A stretch of 63,220 bases of DNA, the filler included, from Welwitschia mirabilis (lineage: Eukaryota), in the NCBI GenBank assembly GCA_051453625.1. It is 5 parts of one record of this genome, joined end to end, with 100 filler letters (N's around TTAATTAATTAA, not from the genome) between each part and the next. Parts side by side here need not be neighbours in the genome. Positions count along the whole stretch, not along the records: positions 1 to 20,102 come from JBOZIK010000001.1; 4 more parts are not named here. One strand, written 5' to 3'. Positions 1 to 14,190 of this stretch are shown one piece after another. The notes under the pieces are model-generated. The model was not told the origin of the DNA. It saw only the letters and a list, made by a program, of their open reading frames with translations, and ran no database searches. The position numbers and the translations under genes were made by a program. Position 1 is the stretch's first letter; every line of letters starts with the position of its first letter.

Positions 1-1984
1 AAATTCCTTGTTAATTTATATAACTACCTATGTATGTAAAAAACAAGAATAGGAATTTACGAAAGATAATAAAAGTAAAAAAATAATGTTTAATAGTACC
101 TATTTCTAATCATTATTATATTCTAAATACCTTTCAACAATAAATATGGAAGTAAGAAAGAAGATAATCTTAATTTTAAAAGTGATATTATAGTTTACAA
201 TACTTCTTAGCATGTAAAGAAAGTAAAATAGCATTGTAGAAAAAAAATGTTTTAGTTCATCAATACATAACATATCGTAAAATAAACTCATAGTAAAAAC
301 ATAATTATTGTCAAAAATGTAATTTTTATGCTATAATAAATAAACTAACTACAAACAGTATTTGCGTTGTAAGTCATAGCTAAAATGAAGAAGAATACTC
401 ATGATGATACTAGAATTACTATTATTTCTAGATTTATGAAANNNNNNNNNNNNNNNNNNNNNNNNNNNNNNNNNNNNNNNNNNNNNNNNNNNNNNNNNNN
501 NNNNNNNNNNNNNNNNNNNNNNNNNNNNNNNNNNNNNNNNNNNNNNNNNNNNNNNNNNNNNNNNNNNNNNNNNNNNNNNNNNNNNNNNNNNNNNNNNNNN
601 NNNNNNNNNNNNNNNNNNNNNNNNNNNNNNNNNNNNNNNNNNNNNNNNNNNNNNNNNNNNNNNNNNNNNNNNNNNNNNNNNNNNNNNNNNNNNNNNNNNN
701 NNNNNNNNNNNNNNNNNNNNNNNNNNNNNNNNNNAAACCTACATAATAATAAGACTTATTTTATTTACTTCTTATAACTAAGATAAGAACCTAAATTATA
801 CTTTCCAAATAAGGCTTATAACAAAAACATGATTACTACTATTTATGTAAGCTAAATATTAACTCATATATTTCTAACCTATAATTATGAGTAAAAATAT
901 ATATTTTAAATTGAATTTCTATCCATTGATACTACACTCACTAGGATCACTAGTTTACATAGTAGTGTAACAACTAAAATATGGCTCTTATCATCCTAGG
1001 GATTAACCACTAAATATCTATGTTTTATGTATGATTTATATCCAAGACATTGAATTCCAACCTCAAGTGTACCTTGAATAAATGGTTATAAATCATAAGC
1101 CACATTAAATATTTAGGATTTAAACACAAAGATTGCAACTCTTTGCTACTAAACATGAATACATGAAAATGCTATTCAATTGATTATAGATGAAGTATAA
1201 GACTATTACAATAAAAAATTAATCTCTAAATGTATCCTATTAACCACTTAAGAAGGAAGTATATTTTCTCTACAATATGTGGATAACCTTAAAGTTACAT
1301 CTAATAAATTCATCATTACTAATTTTACATCCTTCTATTTATCATATAATTGATCTCCTTACTTTAGCTAGTTACCTATCTAGTCTAGTATTATGTTTGA
1401 TTGATTTTTTTATTTATGCATTTAAATATCTAAAATTTCTGAAAGGACTATAGAATTCATAGAATGACTTATCTTTATTTTATTTAAAATTTGGTTTTAC
1501 ATTAACAAATAATTAGAAGGTATAATGACCCACTCTTTTATCATTGATGATATATGGATTTTCTTTGATGATTTCCCTAAGTTTATGCTTAACTCATTTA
1601 TATCTTGTAAGAATGTATTATATAAGTGATGCATTTAAAAGCTAATTGGAGAAAACTGTCAAAGTATGAAGTTATTAAACTCAAGGAGATAGACTATTGT
1701 AGGATAATCATAATAATATCAAATGTTTCATAACATGTATTGATAAAGTATAAATGTAATAGGCATAGGAAAATGAAGTTAAATTTTAAATGCTTCACAA
1801 GGCATGAATGATTATAAATTAAATAAGTAAATTAAAGTGCAATCACTACATGCTACTAAATTATTAAGTTAGATGATCATATCTAAGAAAAGTTATATAA
1901 AGCCATAAAGATATTTACATCATAAGAGTTGATTCATAATTTTGCAATAAATCTCTATCTCCTTTTATCATTAGTGACAGTAGT

Positions 1985-3410
1985 AGCATCTCTGTATGTA
2001 AAGTATGAGATGTAAATATGATTCAATATTTGAGACACTCTTGGAGGTAATGTGGTGATGCTCTAATGGCTTCCTATGATTATGAGGCCTTTGATCATAG
2101 TAAAGGTGTTGAATGAATGACCTTATATTAAGCTAGTTCATCCTCCAATCTATTTATTTTTAAGCACTATATGATCTATAAATTCAACTTTTTTATATTA
2201 TTCCTCCTCCTTAGATATTTCTTGTTTTACTTTTATTCTTATTCTTCTTCTTCCTCCTCTTTCCTTGACTTATCGTGCACTTTCTCCTCTTCTTCATCTT
2301 GAGCCTTCTGCTCCTTCTCTTTTGTAAATAAACCTAGATATTCTAAGAAAGGTGTAGGATCTAGAAACTTAGAATAAGTTATGTCTAGATATACAGGAAG
2401 ATTATGAACACTTTAATGCATGACATGCCTCATTACCTTAAGAAGGTAAATGAGGTATTCTTAAATTTATTGTTATTCTAAACTATGTATAAAAATCAAT
2501 TGCAACATATTAGGAATAGGATTGGTATTACCTACAAAGTGAGTGAAATATGAATGTGAATCCAAAGATTAAGTAGTGATAGGATACTTTCTAATCTATC
2601 AAGATACTAAACTAGCCTTAAAATATGCATGCAAATTAGTGTAGAATAGTTAAAAAGCTATGATGCATGAAGGATTGTAACATTATGTTATAATAATAGA
2701 ACTCTAAATATCTACATAAATTCATGATTAATACATCATTTCACAAATTTCAATTCTTATATTACAATTTATGAACCATGTATTTTAAGTTTACCATAGG
2801 CACATTAATAAAAGTTAGAGTATATAACTAGTGATAAAACTTGAGACAATATAAAGTAACTTAACTTCTATGTATATGAAGTACAAGAATATTACATTAA
2901 AAAATTAAGTATAGCACATGATAGAGTAAGGTAACATTTTTAGCCCTTAATGTTGTACTATTTTTTCAATTAAAGTCTCTATCATAAATATCATGTGCAT
3001 TTTGAAACCTACTAGGGTACGCAAATGTACTAAATATGATATCATGTTTATTACTTTATTAAATGATCATAGTACTTAAATATTGGATTATTTTATAATA
3101 ATATGATTTTTAATACATGCTTCGGAATATATATCACCTATACATTAGTAAAGAATAATCTAATCACTTTGGTAATAGACTCTCAATGTTACTTAAGAAG
3201 AGGTTTTTACCACTAGTACTTAAAATCCTAAGTAACTAGATTGGTGAGACTCTTAAAGGAGTTAACATTAATGGCGTATTCTTGGGGGAATATTTTATTT
3301 TTAAAGTCATATTTAACTTTAATACTTACATCCTTATCCATATTGAGTAAGAGATCCACTTGTTAAGATTGGAATGTGGATGCTTCAGTTTTCTTATTCT
3401 TTATGAAGTG
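1985..3410 (-). pseudogene. Sirevirus env-like ORF remnant, copy 1
   Basis: Diverged direct duplicate of 3860-5270. Lies between RNase H and the PPT region and ends in an acidic/charged low-complexity tail. Confidence 0.55.
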
Positions 3411-3859
3411 AGGAAGTCCTCCTCTAATTTTAGATTTAATTACATCACTTAAAACATGAAATTAATACCTTGTACTAATTAACATANNNNNNNNNNNNNN
3501 NNNNNNNNNNNNNNNNNNNNNNNNNNNNNNNNNNNNNNNNNNNNNNNNNNNNNNNNNNNNNNNNNNNNNNNNNNNNNNNNNNNNNNAATATCAAACATTT
3601 CATAACATGTATTAATAAAGTATAAATGTAATAAGCATAGAAAATATGAAGTTAAACTATAAATGCTTCATAAGGCATGAATTATTATAAATTAAATAAG
3701 TAAATAAAAGTGCAATCACTACATGCTACTAAATTATTAAGTTAGATGACCATATCTAAGAAAAGTTATCAAAATCCATAAAGATATTTACATCATAAGA
3801 GTTGATTCATAATTTTGCAATANNNNNNNNNNNNNNNNNNNCCTTTGATCCTTAATGAT

Positions 3860-5270
3860 AGTAGTAGCACCTCTATATGTAAAGTATGAGATGTAAAGAT
3901 GATTCTATATTTGAGACACTCTTGAAGGTAATGTGATGATGCCCTAATGGCTTCCTATGATTATGAGGCATCTGATCATAGTAAAGGTATTGAATGAATG
4001 ATCTTCTATTAAGCTAGTTCATCATCCAATCTATGTATTTTTAAGAACTAAATGCTCTTTAAATTCACCTTCTTTATATTGTTCCTCCTCATTAGATATT
4101 TCTTATTTTTATTGTATTCTTATTCTTCTTCTTCCTCCTCTTTCCTTGACTTATCCTGCACTTTCTGCTCTTCTTTGTCTTAATCCTTTTGCTTCTTCTC
4201 TTTTGTAAATAAACCTAGATATTATAAGAAAGGTGTAGGCTCTAGAAACTTAGAATAAGTGATGTATAGATATATAATAAGATTATGAAAACTTTAATTC
4301 ATGCCATGCCTCATTACCTTAAGAAGGTAAATGAGGTATTTATAAATTTGTTGTTATTCATAACTATGTATAAAACTCAATTGCAACATGTTAGGAACAG
4401 GATTGGTATTACCTCTAAAGTAAGTGGATTATGAATATAAACCTAAAGGCTGAGTAGTGATAGAAGACTTTCTGATCTATTGAGATACTAAGCTAGCCTT
4501 AAAATATGCATGCAAATTAGAATAGAATAGTTGAAAAGCTATGGTGTATGAAGGATTATAACATTATGTTACAATAGTAGAACTCTAAAGATCTACATAA
4601 ATTCATGATTAAGACATTATTTCACAAATTCTAATTCTTGTATTACAATTTATGAACCATGTATTTGAAGCTTATCATAGGCACATTAATAAAATTCAGA
4701 GTATATAGCTAGTGATAAAACTTGAGATAGTATAAAGTAACTTCATTTATATGTCTATGAAGTTCAAGAAGAATACATTCAAAAATTAAGTATATCACAT
4801 GGTAGAGGAAGGTAACATTTTCACCCCTAAATGTTATACTATTTTTTCAATTAAAGGCTCTATCATAAATATCATGTGCATGTTGAAACATACTAATGTN
4901 NNNNNNNNNNNNNNNNNNNNCATGAAATGCTAATAGTACTTAAATGTTGGATTATTTTATAATAATATGATTTTTAACAAATGATTATGAATATATATTA
5001 CTAAACATTAGTAAATAATAATCTAATCACCTTGATAATGAACTCTCAATGTTACTTAAGAAGAGGATTTTACCACTAGTACTTAAAATCCTAAGTAGCT
5101 AGATTGGTGAAACTCTTAAAGGAGTTAACATCAATGGCATATTTTTGGAGGAATATTATACGTTTAAAGTCATCTTTAAATTTAATACTTGCATCCTTAT
5201 CCATACTAAGTAAGAGATCCACTTGTTAAGCTTGGAATGTGGATGCTTTAATTTTCTTATTCTTTATGAA
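3860..5270 (-). pseudogene. Sirevirus env-like ORF remnant, copy 2
   Basis: Manual translation across stops and frameshifts: 'KFKDDFKR...IDVNSF...W*NPLL', 'VIRLLFTN', 'HVIYLIFECILLELHRHINEVTLYYLKFYH*LYTLNFINVPMISFKYM'. Same motif order as the env-like ORF at 42687-43730. Confidence 0.6.
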
Positions 5271-5426
5271 GTGAGGGAGCCCTCCTCTAATTTTGGATTT
5301 AATTACATCACTTAAAACATGAAATTAATACCTTGTAATAATTAACATAGCATAACATGCATAATCATAGTTATCTAATGAAAGGTCCCATTGTTAGATT
5401 AACAAAACTATGATAGATATGTAACA

Positions 5427-8400
5427 TTAGATAAACTAGGAAAAAAATTAATAAGAGACAAAGTACTAGGAATTTTCTTCAAAATGTTAAAGCACATACT
5501 TATATTGATAATAGTATAACTGTATAAAAGAAATATAGAGATATGCATAATAAATGATGAAACAACATTATGCATTAAATATTTACCATGAAATAAATAA
5601 GTAAACATGCAATTTTATGTTTGAAAATGAAAAAAATATTAAAAGCCTTTTTAAACTTTAATTTACAAGTGAAGATAATTATAATGTAGAAGAAGATCAC
5701 ATTAACACTAGATCTAGGTATGAAAAGATGATGGTAGTAGAAAATAGGCTAGATCTTAGAAATAGCTTAAGAAAACTAATTAACAAAGGATGTAAATTAA
5801 AAATTTTATAAAATTAAATGGACTAGGTAATATGTATTAACTTATGTAATAGAAATTTAAAATTTTACAAGTAAAATAAAAAATAATTTATAATCATTAA
5901 AATAGATTGTAAATTACTTAGGCAAACATTAAAAGTTAGAAATAATTAATGGAAATGCACAAAAGAGAACTTGAAAAGGTAGAAAATTAGAAATCCTATC
6001 CACATATTTATACTTGCAAGATTTCTAAATAATGGGCAAACAACCCTTAGGTATAATCAATCAATGATCTTAAGTAAGAAATTATAAATGTGTATAAGGA
6101 TAATTGACTGGTTTAGAATAGCAATTGTCTATGTACTAATAAAAACAAAACTAAAAATAAGCATTCAATTAAGCTTTAGGATCTAATTAACTAAAAGGAC
6201 ATCAAAGAATGATCAAGAAATAAGAATCAATCAATTTAAGGAGAGATGATTAACTAGATAAACATACGTTATCATTACAAGTATGGGGAGTATGGGGAGT
6301 AAAGAGGATTTGATCATCTAGTGACTAGTGATCAACCATTTAGGAAATAAGATAATAGTGGATAAAGGGTAAAATACTATTATCAATTTTTAAAAGAAAG
6401 AAATTAAAAAAAAAGTGATCAACCTTTTAGAAAATAAGATAATATTGGATAAAGGGTAAAATACTATTGTCAATTTTTAAAAGAAAGGACTAAAAATTTT
6501 TAAGACATATGAATATTCGAAAGAAAATGTAGAAATTCAAGAATAAAGCATAAGATTGAGTGATTTACATATAAACACAAATATATATTTGGATAGAGGT
6601 TTGGTGGGGATGTTATTAAGTTGTTACATTATGAGTACATACCTAAAAAAAAAATATTTGTACTCTAGACATAATATCAATTAAAGTAATCTAATGTATT
6701 TATACATTTGGTTTAGAAGTGAAGAATAGGACTTCTACGATACTAATAGCATTGAATTTATCAAAAGATATGGATGTGTCAAACTCATGAATATCTAGAT
6801 CTTTAAAAGAATGATGTATCTAAAGAATATATGAAATACAAATGTTAGTAATCACATATTTATCTTTTATAATAGCTAAGAATAAAAGATTTATTTTTTG
6901 CTACCCAACTTATAAGATAGAAGCTTAGAAAATAATAGTTACTACTAGTACTCTTATGATCATATCTAAAACCAACCTAATCAATATTATAAAATGTAAA
7001 TAAATGCAAGGTAAATTCTTTAGAAGACTAAATTTCATTCTTTAAGGTAGAATTCACATACATTAATGTCCATGAAACAACTTTCAAGTAAGAGTCTTTA
7101 GGTTTTGATTAATAACTATTGCATATTCAAATAGCAAATGTGATGTTTGGCCTACTTATGGTAAGATAAATGATGTTATGGATCATGATCTACTATGGCT
7201 TTATATACACATCCTTGTCCTTCTCATCATCTTTTACATTTTTGTTANNNNNNNNNNNNNNNNNNNNNNNNNNNNNNNNNNNNNNNNNNNNNNNNNNNNN
7301 NNNNNNNNNNNNNNNNNNNNNNNNNNNNNNNNNNNNNNNNNNNNNNNGATAAACTAGGGAAAAAATTAATAAACAACAAAGTACTAGGAATTTTCTTCAA
7401 AATGTTAAAGCACATACTTATATTGATAATAGTATAACTAAATAAAAGAAATATATAGATATACATGCTAAATGATGAAATAACATTATGAATTAAATAC
7501 TTATCATGAAACAAATAAGAAAACATGTAATTTTATGTTTGAAAATGAAAAAACTATTAAAAGCATTTTCAAACTTTGATTTACAAGTCAAGATAATTAT
7601 ATTGTAGAAGAAGATAACATTAACACTAGATCTAGGTAAGAAACAATAATGGTAGTATAAAATAGGCTAGATCTCAAAAATAACTTAAGAAAACTAATTA
7701 AAAAGGAATGTAAACTAAAATTTTAAAAAATTAAATGTATTAGGAGATATGTATTAAATCATGTAATAAAATTTTGAACTTATACAAGTAAATTAAAAGA
7801 AATGATTTATAATCATTAAAATAGATTGCAAATTACTTAGGCAAACATTAGAAGTTAAAAATGGTTAATGGAAATGCATAAACAAGAACTTAAAAAGGTA
7901 TAAAATGAGAAATCCTATGCACATATTTATACTTGCAAGATTTATAAACAATGGATAAACAACCCTTAGGTATAATTAATCAATGATCTCAAGTAAAAAA
8001 TTATAAATGTTTATAAGGATAATTGACTAGTTTAGAATAGTAATTGACTATGTACTAATTAAAAAAAACTAAAAATAAGCATTCAATTAAGCTTTCGGAT
8101 TTAGTTAACCAAAAGGACATCAAATAAGGATCAAGAAATAAGGATTAATCATTTAAGAATAGACAATTAATAAGATAAACATACATTATCATATAGGTAT
8201 GGGGAATAAAGAGGAGTAGATCATCTAGTTACAAGTGATCAACCATTTATGAAATAAGATAACATTGGATAAAGGGTAAAAGACTATTATCTTTTTTTAA
8301 AATAAATAAATAAAAATTTTTAAGACATATGAAGATTAGAAAGAAAAGGTAGAAATTCAAGGATAAAGCATAAGATTGAGAGATTTGCATATAAACACAA

Positions 8401-11400
8401 ATATATATTTGAAGAGAGGTTTGGTGGGGATGTTATTAAGCTGTTACTCTATGAGTACATACATGAAACAAATATTTTTACTCTATACATAATATTAATT
8501 AAAGTAATCTAATGTATTTATATGTTTAGTTTGGAAGTGAAGAATAGGACTTCTAGAGATACTAATAGCATTGAAGTTATTAAAAAAGATAGATGTGTCA
8601 AACTCATGAATATCTAAATCTTTAAAAGCATGATGTATCTAAAGAATCTATGAAATACAACTACTAGTAATCACATATTTATCCTTTATAAGAGCTAAGG
8701 ATAAAAGGTTTATTTTTTTTAGCCAACTTGTAAGATAGGACCTTAGAAAATAATAGTTACCACTAGTACTCTTATGATTCTATCTAAGACCAACCTAATC
8801 AGTGTTATAAAATGTAAAAACACGCAAGATACATTCTTTAGAAGACTAAATTTCATTCTTTAAAGTAGAATTCACATACATTAATTTCCATGAAATAGCT
8901 TTCAAGTAAGAGTCTTTAGGTTTTAATTAATAACTAATGCATAGTCCAATAGAAAATGTGATGTTTGGCCTACTTATGGTGAGATAAATGATGATCTTGA
9001 TCATCATCTAATATGGCTTTGTATTCACATACTTATCCTTCTCATTATATTTTACTTTTTTATTAGATCTAATTGATGTTTAGATGAACTTATTGTAATC
9101 CATNNNNNNNNNNNNNNNNNNNNNNNNNNNNNNNNNNNNNNNNNNNNNNNNNNNNNNNNNNNNNNNNNNNNNNNNNNNNNNNNNNNNNNNNNNNNNNNNN
9201 NNNNNNNNNNNNNNNNNNNNNNNNNNNNNNNNNNNNNNNNNNNNNNNNNNNNNNNNNNNNNNNNNNNNNNNNNNNNNNNNNNNNNNNNNNNNNNNNNNNN
9301 NNNNNNNNNNNNNNNNNNAATTTTCTTCTTTCAATAAACATAATTTCACCAACTTTAACTCTAATAAATTTATCCTTAAAAAGAAGAGATGAGGATTTAT
9401 ATCATTTGTAATAAACTTACTTCAATCTATATAATGTATTATTCATCCTATGCACATGGTTAGTAAATAATAGTTCTTTAAAATAAGGGTGTAATTTCGC
9501 AAACATTAATTCATTTAGCATACCATTTATTAAAATCCTTCTTACATCCATTTGATAGATTTTGAAGTTATAAAAATCATCTAATGTAAGAAAAATTATG
9601 ACTGACTTTAATATAGTTATAAAAATAAAGGTTTCTTTTAGATATATTTCTATCATTTAGGAATACCCTTCTAGTACCAAACTTCTTGTATTTTTAACTA
9701 CTTCATAATTTTCNNNNNNNNNNNNNNNNNNNNNNNNNNNNNNNNNNNNNNNNNNNNNNNNNNNNNNNNNNNNNNNNNNNNNNNNNNNNNNNNNNNNNNN
9801 NNNNNNNNNNNNNAAAAATCCTTCTTACATCCATTTGATAGACCTTGAAGTTACAAAAATCATCTAATGTAAGAAAAATTATGATGGACTTTAATCTAGC
9901 TATAAAAATAAAGGTTTCTTTTAAACATATTTCTATCATTTAGGAATATCCTTCTAATATCAAACTTCCTATATTTTTAACTACTTCATAATTTTCATTT
10001 AATCTATTATTTAAGAGTCATATTCTTCTAATGATATTTTGTTTCTTAAGTCTAGGAAGAAATTTTCAAACTTCATTTTTATTAAGTTAATTTAATTAAT
10101 TTTACATAGCAATCATCCAAATCTCATCATTCTTAGCTTCATTAAAGTTTTTTGATTGTATAGTTGAAAAAAAGAATACATTAGTCCACCTTAAATTTCT
10201 AGTATTTATTTTATCAAAGAAGTAACCTATAACAAAGTTAACACAAAGATATTTAGAAATAATAATATCTTTTAATTATAGTTATAGGGTTTAAATGGTT
10301 GATTTCTTAGGTGAGGAAGGATTACAAAAGGATGGAAAAGTTGGATTATTATATTTTATTCTTTTCAAAATTATATCCACTTCTTGATCTTCATTTTTAG
10401 TATTATTTCCTCCTTTTTCATCAATCTTTATATGTAAACAATCCTTCACTATTCTAAAGTTAGGGTTGAATATTTTTATTTTATTAATAATCCCTGAATA
10501 TCCAATGAAAGTANNNNNNNNNNNNNNNNNNNNNNNNNNNNNNNNNNNNNNNNNNNNNNNNNNNNNNNNNNNNNNNNNNNNNNNNNNNNNNNNNNNNNNN
10601 NNNNNNNNNNNNNTAACTACTTCATAATTTTCATTTAATCTGTTATTTAAGAATCATTTTCTTCTAAAGATATTTTATTTATTAAGTCTAGGAATAAGTT
10701 TTCAAACTTCATTTTTGTTAAGTTAATTTAATTCATTTTACATATCAATCATCCAACTCTCATCATTCTTAGCTTCATTCAAGTTTTTTGGTTGCATGGT
10801 TGAAAAAAAGAATACATTAGTCCATCTTAAACTTCTAGTCTTTACTTTATCAAAGAAGTGACCTATAACAAAGTTAATACAAAGATATTTAAGCATAATA
10901 ATATATTTTAATTATAGTTAATGGGTTGAAGTAGTTGATTTCTTAGGTAAGGAAGGAGTAAAAAAGGATAGAAAAGTTTATTATTAGAGTTTATTCTTTT
11001 TAAAATTATATCCACTTCTTCATCTTCATCTTTAGTATTGTTTCCTCCTTTTTCATCAATCTTTATATGCAAGCAATCCTTCACTATTCTAAAGTTAGAG
11101 TTGAATATTGCTAGTCCTTACTAATCCTTGAATATCCAATGAAAGGACCTCCAATGAAATTACCTTCTATTGAGTTTAAATCAAATTTCTTAATTCTTTC
11201 TAAGTGCTTAAGGATATAGAATTCACATCTAATAACTTAAAGTAGGATACATTATATATTTTTTTAATCATAACTCATAAATATTCTCAATTAGGATATA
11301 GCATACATTTTTAAATGATTTAATCCAAAATATCTTAGCTATATCTTTCTATTACAACATTATTATAATCATTCATTAAAGTAGCCTCTTATTGTTTTTT

Positions 11401-12330
11401 CTGTAATTACATTTTGTTGGAATATTTTAGGATCTGAAAAAATCATGGAATATCCTCTTACATTAACATAAATATTTTAATTTTTCATTATTGAACTCAT
11501 CACTATAATCACTTCTTATTTTCTTCAAGTTGTAATGAGTTTTATTTTTAAATCGTTTGAATAACACTTTAAACTTATCAAATGTCTTATTTTTATGTCT
11601 AAGAAATAAAATCAAAGTAAATCTAAAGTAGCTGTTTACTATTATCAATATGCATTTCTTTCCTTCTAAACTTTAATAAGAGACAGTTCTACTAAGTCTA
11701 TGTGAATAAAATATAATATTATTTAGGATACTACTTGATCAATCTTTATTAAATATTACTAGGTTTTCTTTCCTAATTAATAGGATTAATAGATTTATTA
11801 TTTTATTGTATTAATTCTTGACATATTCTTTACTAAGTTACTTTTGTAAATATTGTAAAAATCTTATACTTAACATTACTTAGTTGTTTATGTCATAGCT
11901 ACTCCTACTAGAGTAGATAGAGTATAAGCACTTTTTACCTAATAGTTTCTTAATAGAATACATGTTTTCATCTCTTACACCAAAATCAAGGGGAGAAAAA
12001 ATTAATGCTATCATGTTTATATAATACATGATAATTGGAGGTACTAAATAAAACATACTTACCTTTATCACATATTTATATGATGTTGAGAAGATTAGGC
12101 TTTAGCTAGCTCATGTACAACACATTATGAATAGTAGGAAATTCCTTTTCTCTAAGGGTTCCAATACCTTCCATCATAGACTTACCATTTTCCTCAAATG
12201 TCATACCACCTCCACCAAANNNNNNNNNNNNNNNNNNNNNNNNNNNNNNNNNNNNNNNNNNNNNNNNNNNNNNNNNNNNNNNNNNNNNNNNNNACATCAT
12301 CAACAACAAATAAACTAGTATGAATTAATA
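5427..12330 (-). pseudogene. pol: SIRE-A pol remnants (PR, INT, RT, RNase H); RT/RH part present twice
   Basis: RT motif YQMDV in ORFs 9417-9656 and 9703-9939, integrase core in ORF 11463-11648, protease-adjacent motif in 12106-12309. 5427-7247 is repeated at 7348-9062. Confidence 0.8.
6328..6500 (+). repeat. Local ~87-bp tandem duplication inside the RT/RH remnant
   Basis: 'gtgatcaacc...gataaagggtaaaatactatt..caatttttaaaagaaag' occurs at 6328 and 6415; the paralogous block has one copy (~8236). Confidence 0.9.
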
Positions 12331-12899
12331 GACTCTTATGTGATTTATCATTATTGTTTCTTTTTAATGAATTTAAAATCATGTAAAATAACAAAAAATT
12401 GAATACATATTAAATATATTTATCAAAATAACAAATGAAATATCTTTTAATCCTTTTAGTAAGTGTAATGCTAGAAGAGTAAAGTCAGACATCATTTGGT
12501 TTGCTACTTTTTCTAGAATAAACTTTACCATTGGATATAGATGAAGGTTTATAGAGAAAATAGGAATAAGAGAATATAAGAGATATGATATGTATTCTAA
12601 TCCATCCTTATTACTTGGTGCTCTTTATTTGAACAAAATATTATCCAAATTATTATTTCCAATAGAAAATGTTAAAATAATTTTATGCAATCTATTAATA
12701 TTTCGTAACAAACACTACATTTTTGTTTTCTTCCTTTGAACACTTCTTATAGATACTTGAAATTCATATTATAGAATTTAATCTTGTATTCCATATCCCA
12801 TTTTTCTTAATATAATTTAGTTGAAATATCTTTATTTTCATCCTCTACTTTAGAGACATCCTTTTTAGGGGTATGTTTTCCTTGAGAATCTTCTTCCTT

Positions 12900-14190
12900 T
12901 TACCATATAGCTAATGATAACAATCAACTAAGAAGTGATCATATTCATCATTAGCTACTTGTTAGTCATTTAAGGTTTTTCCCTCTTTATAATTATCACA
13001 TTTAATATTTGAAAATAAATCTTATTCATCATCATTAATCTTGTTAACTATATAGTTTAATGAATTATATAATTCTATCTTATGAGGGTTAGCTAAATGA
13101 AGATCAAAATTACTATCTAATTTAAACAAAAGAAAAAACATTATGAAAAGTAAATTTCATGCTACCATTTACTTCTATTACATCCACCATCACTATCCCA
13201 AGTGACAACATTGGATTTATTCTTTACATTCTTTTGTCCCTTTTTCTTTTATTTGTTTAAACATTTGAGATTTATGTGTTCAAATCCTTTACAAGCATAG
13301 AACTAAATTATTATTTCTTTTTACCTATCCTTGAGCTTAAAAGATGTTCCCCTTTATTCACTTGTTCTTATTTAATTCTTACTTTTTGACATTTTCTTAA
13401 ACATCCTAGTAAATAAAGATAACTCTTCATTGAAGTTAAAACCATAATAAAAGGATGATGAGCTAGAATAATCATCTTTAGATTTGAAATCAAAAATTTG
13501 ATTAGCATTAAGTGTCATACCTTTATATTTATTTGCTTTATCAAGGTGTCTCAATTCAAATATTATGATGTTCCTTACTAGCTGTTTTAGCTTGATTTTT
13601 CTAGGATTTTTAGTGTCGTTAATGGAGAGGACTTTGGTTTCATATGTCTTACATAGAAATCTCAAGATAATATTTACAATTCTAGTTGTAAGTATTTCTT
13701 CAAACTACCATAGACCATTTACCATGTCCATCAATTTATTATTCAAGTATATAAATGTATCATCCTTTTGGATCCTTATTTGATTAAACTAGGTTATGAG
13801 CATCTATTCCTTTGTTTTCTTAATTTCACTCATGACTTCATAAGTGACATGCAAATAATTACAAATTTATTTAGTGGTAGATAGTTTCTTACCTTTTCTT
13901 AGTGTTATGTATTTAACCCATAATAGATTTCATACATATCCTTTTTGTTTAACATGAAATGATCCTTTTATTCATCTTTTTGATTACTCCTTTGTTTAAC
14001 CACCATAATGTCTAATACCATTTGAATGACTTTGATTACATTAGAGTTTTGAATCCTTCCTCTAATACATTCTAGTAATTCAAGCTTATGTCCTCAATGA
14101 ATAATTGCATTTTGGATTTCTAGAATTCAAATACCAATGAAATAGGAAGGATATTTGATTAGTTAACCTTCATCTTTGATTTCTTCTTAG
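12900..14190 (-). pseudogene. gag: SIRE-A gag remnant
   Basis: N-terminus 'EG*LIKYPSYFIG' resembles EG.S..RPP.F.G; UBN2-like part in ORF 13372-13665; decayed zinc knuckle near 13270-13310. Confidence 0.75.

Noticed and set aside
1..441. Possible continuation of the SIRE-A 3' LTR
   Set aside because: I could not align it convincingly to the LTR pieces at 14239-14492 or 16696-17000, so it is left unassigned.
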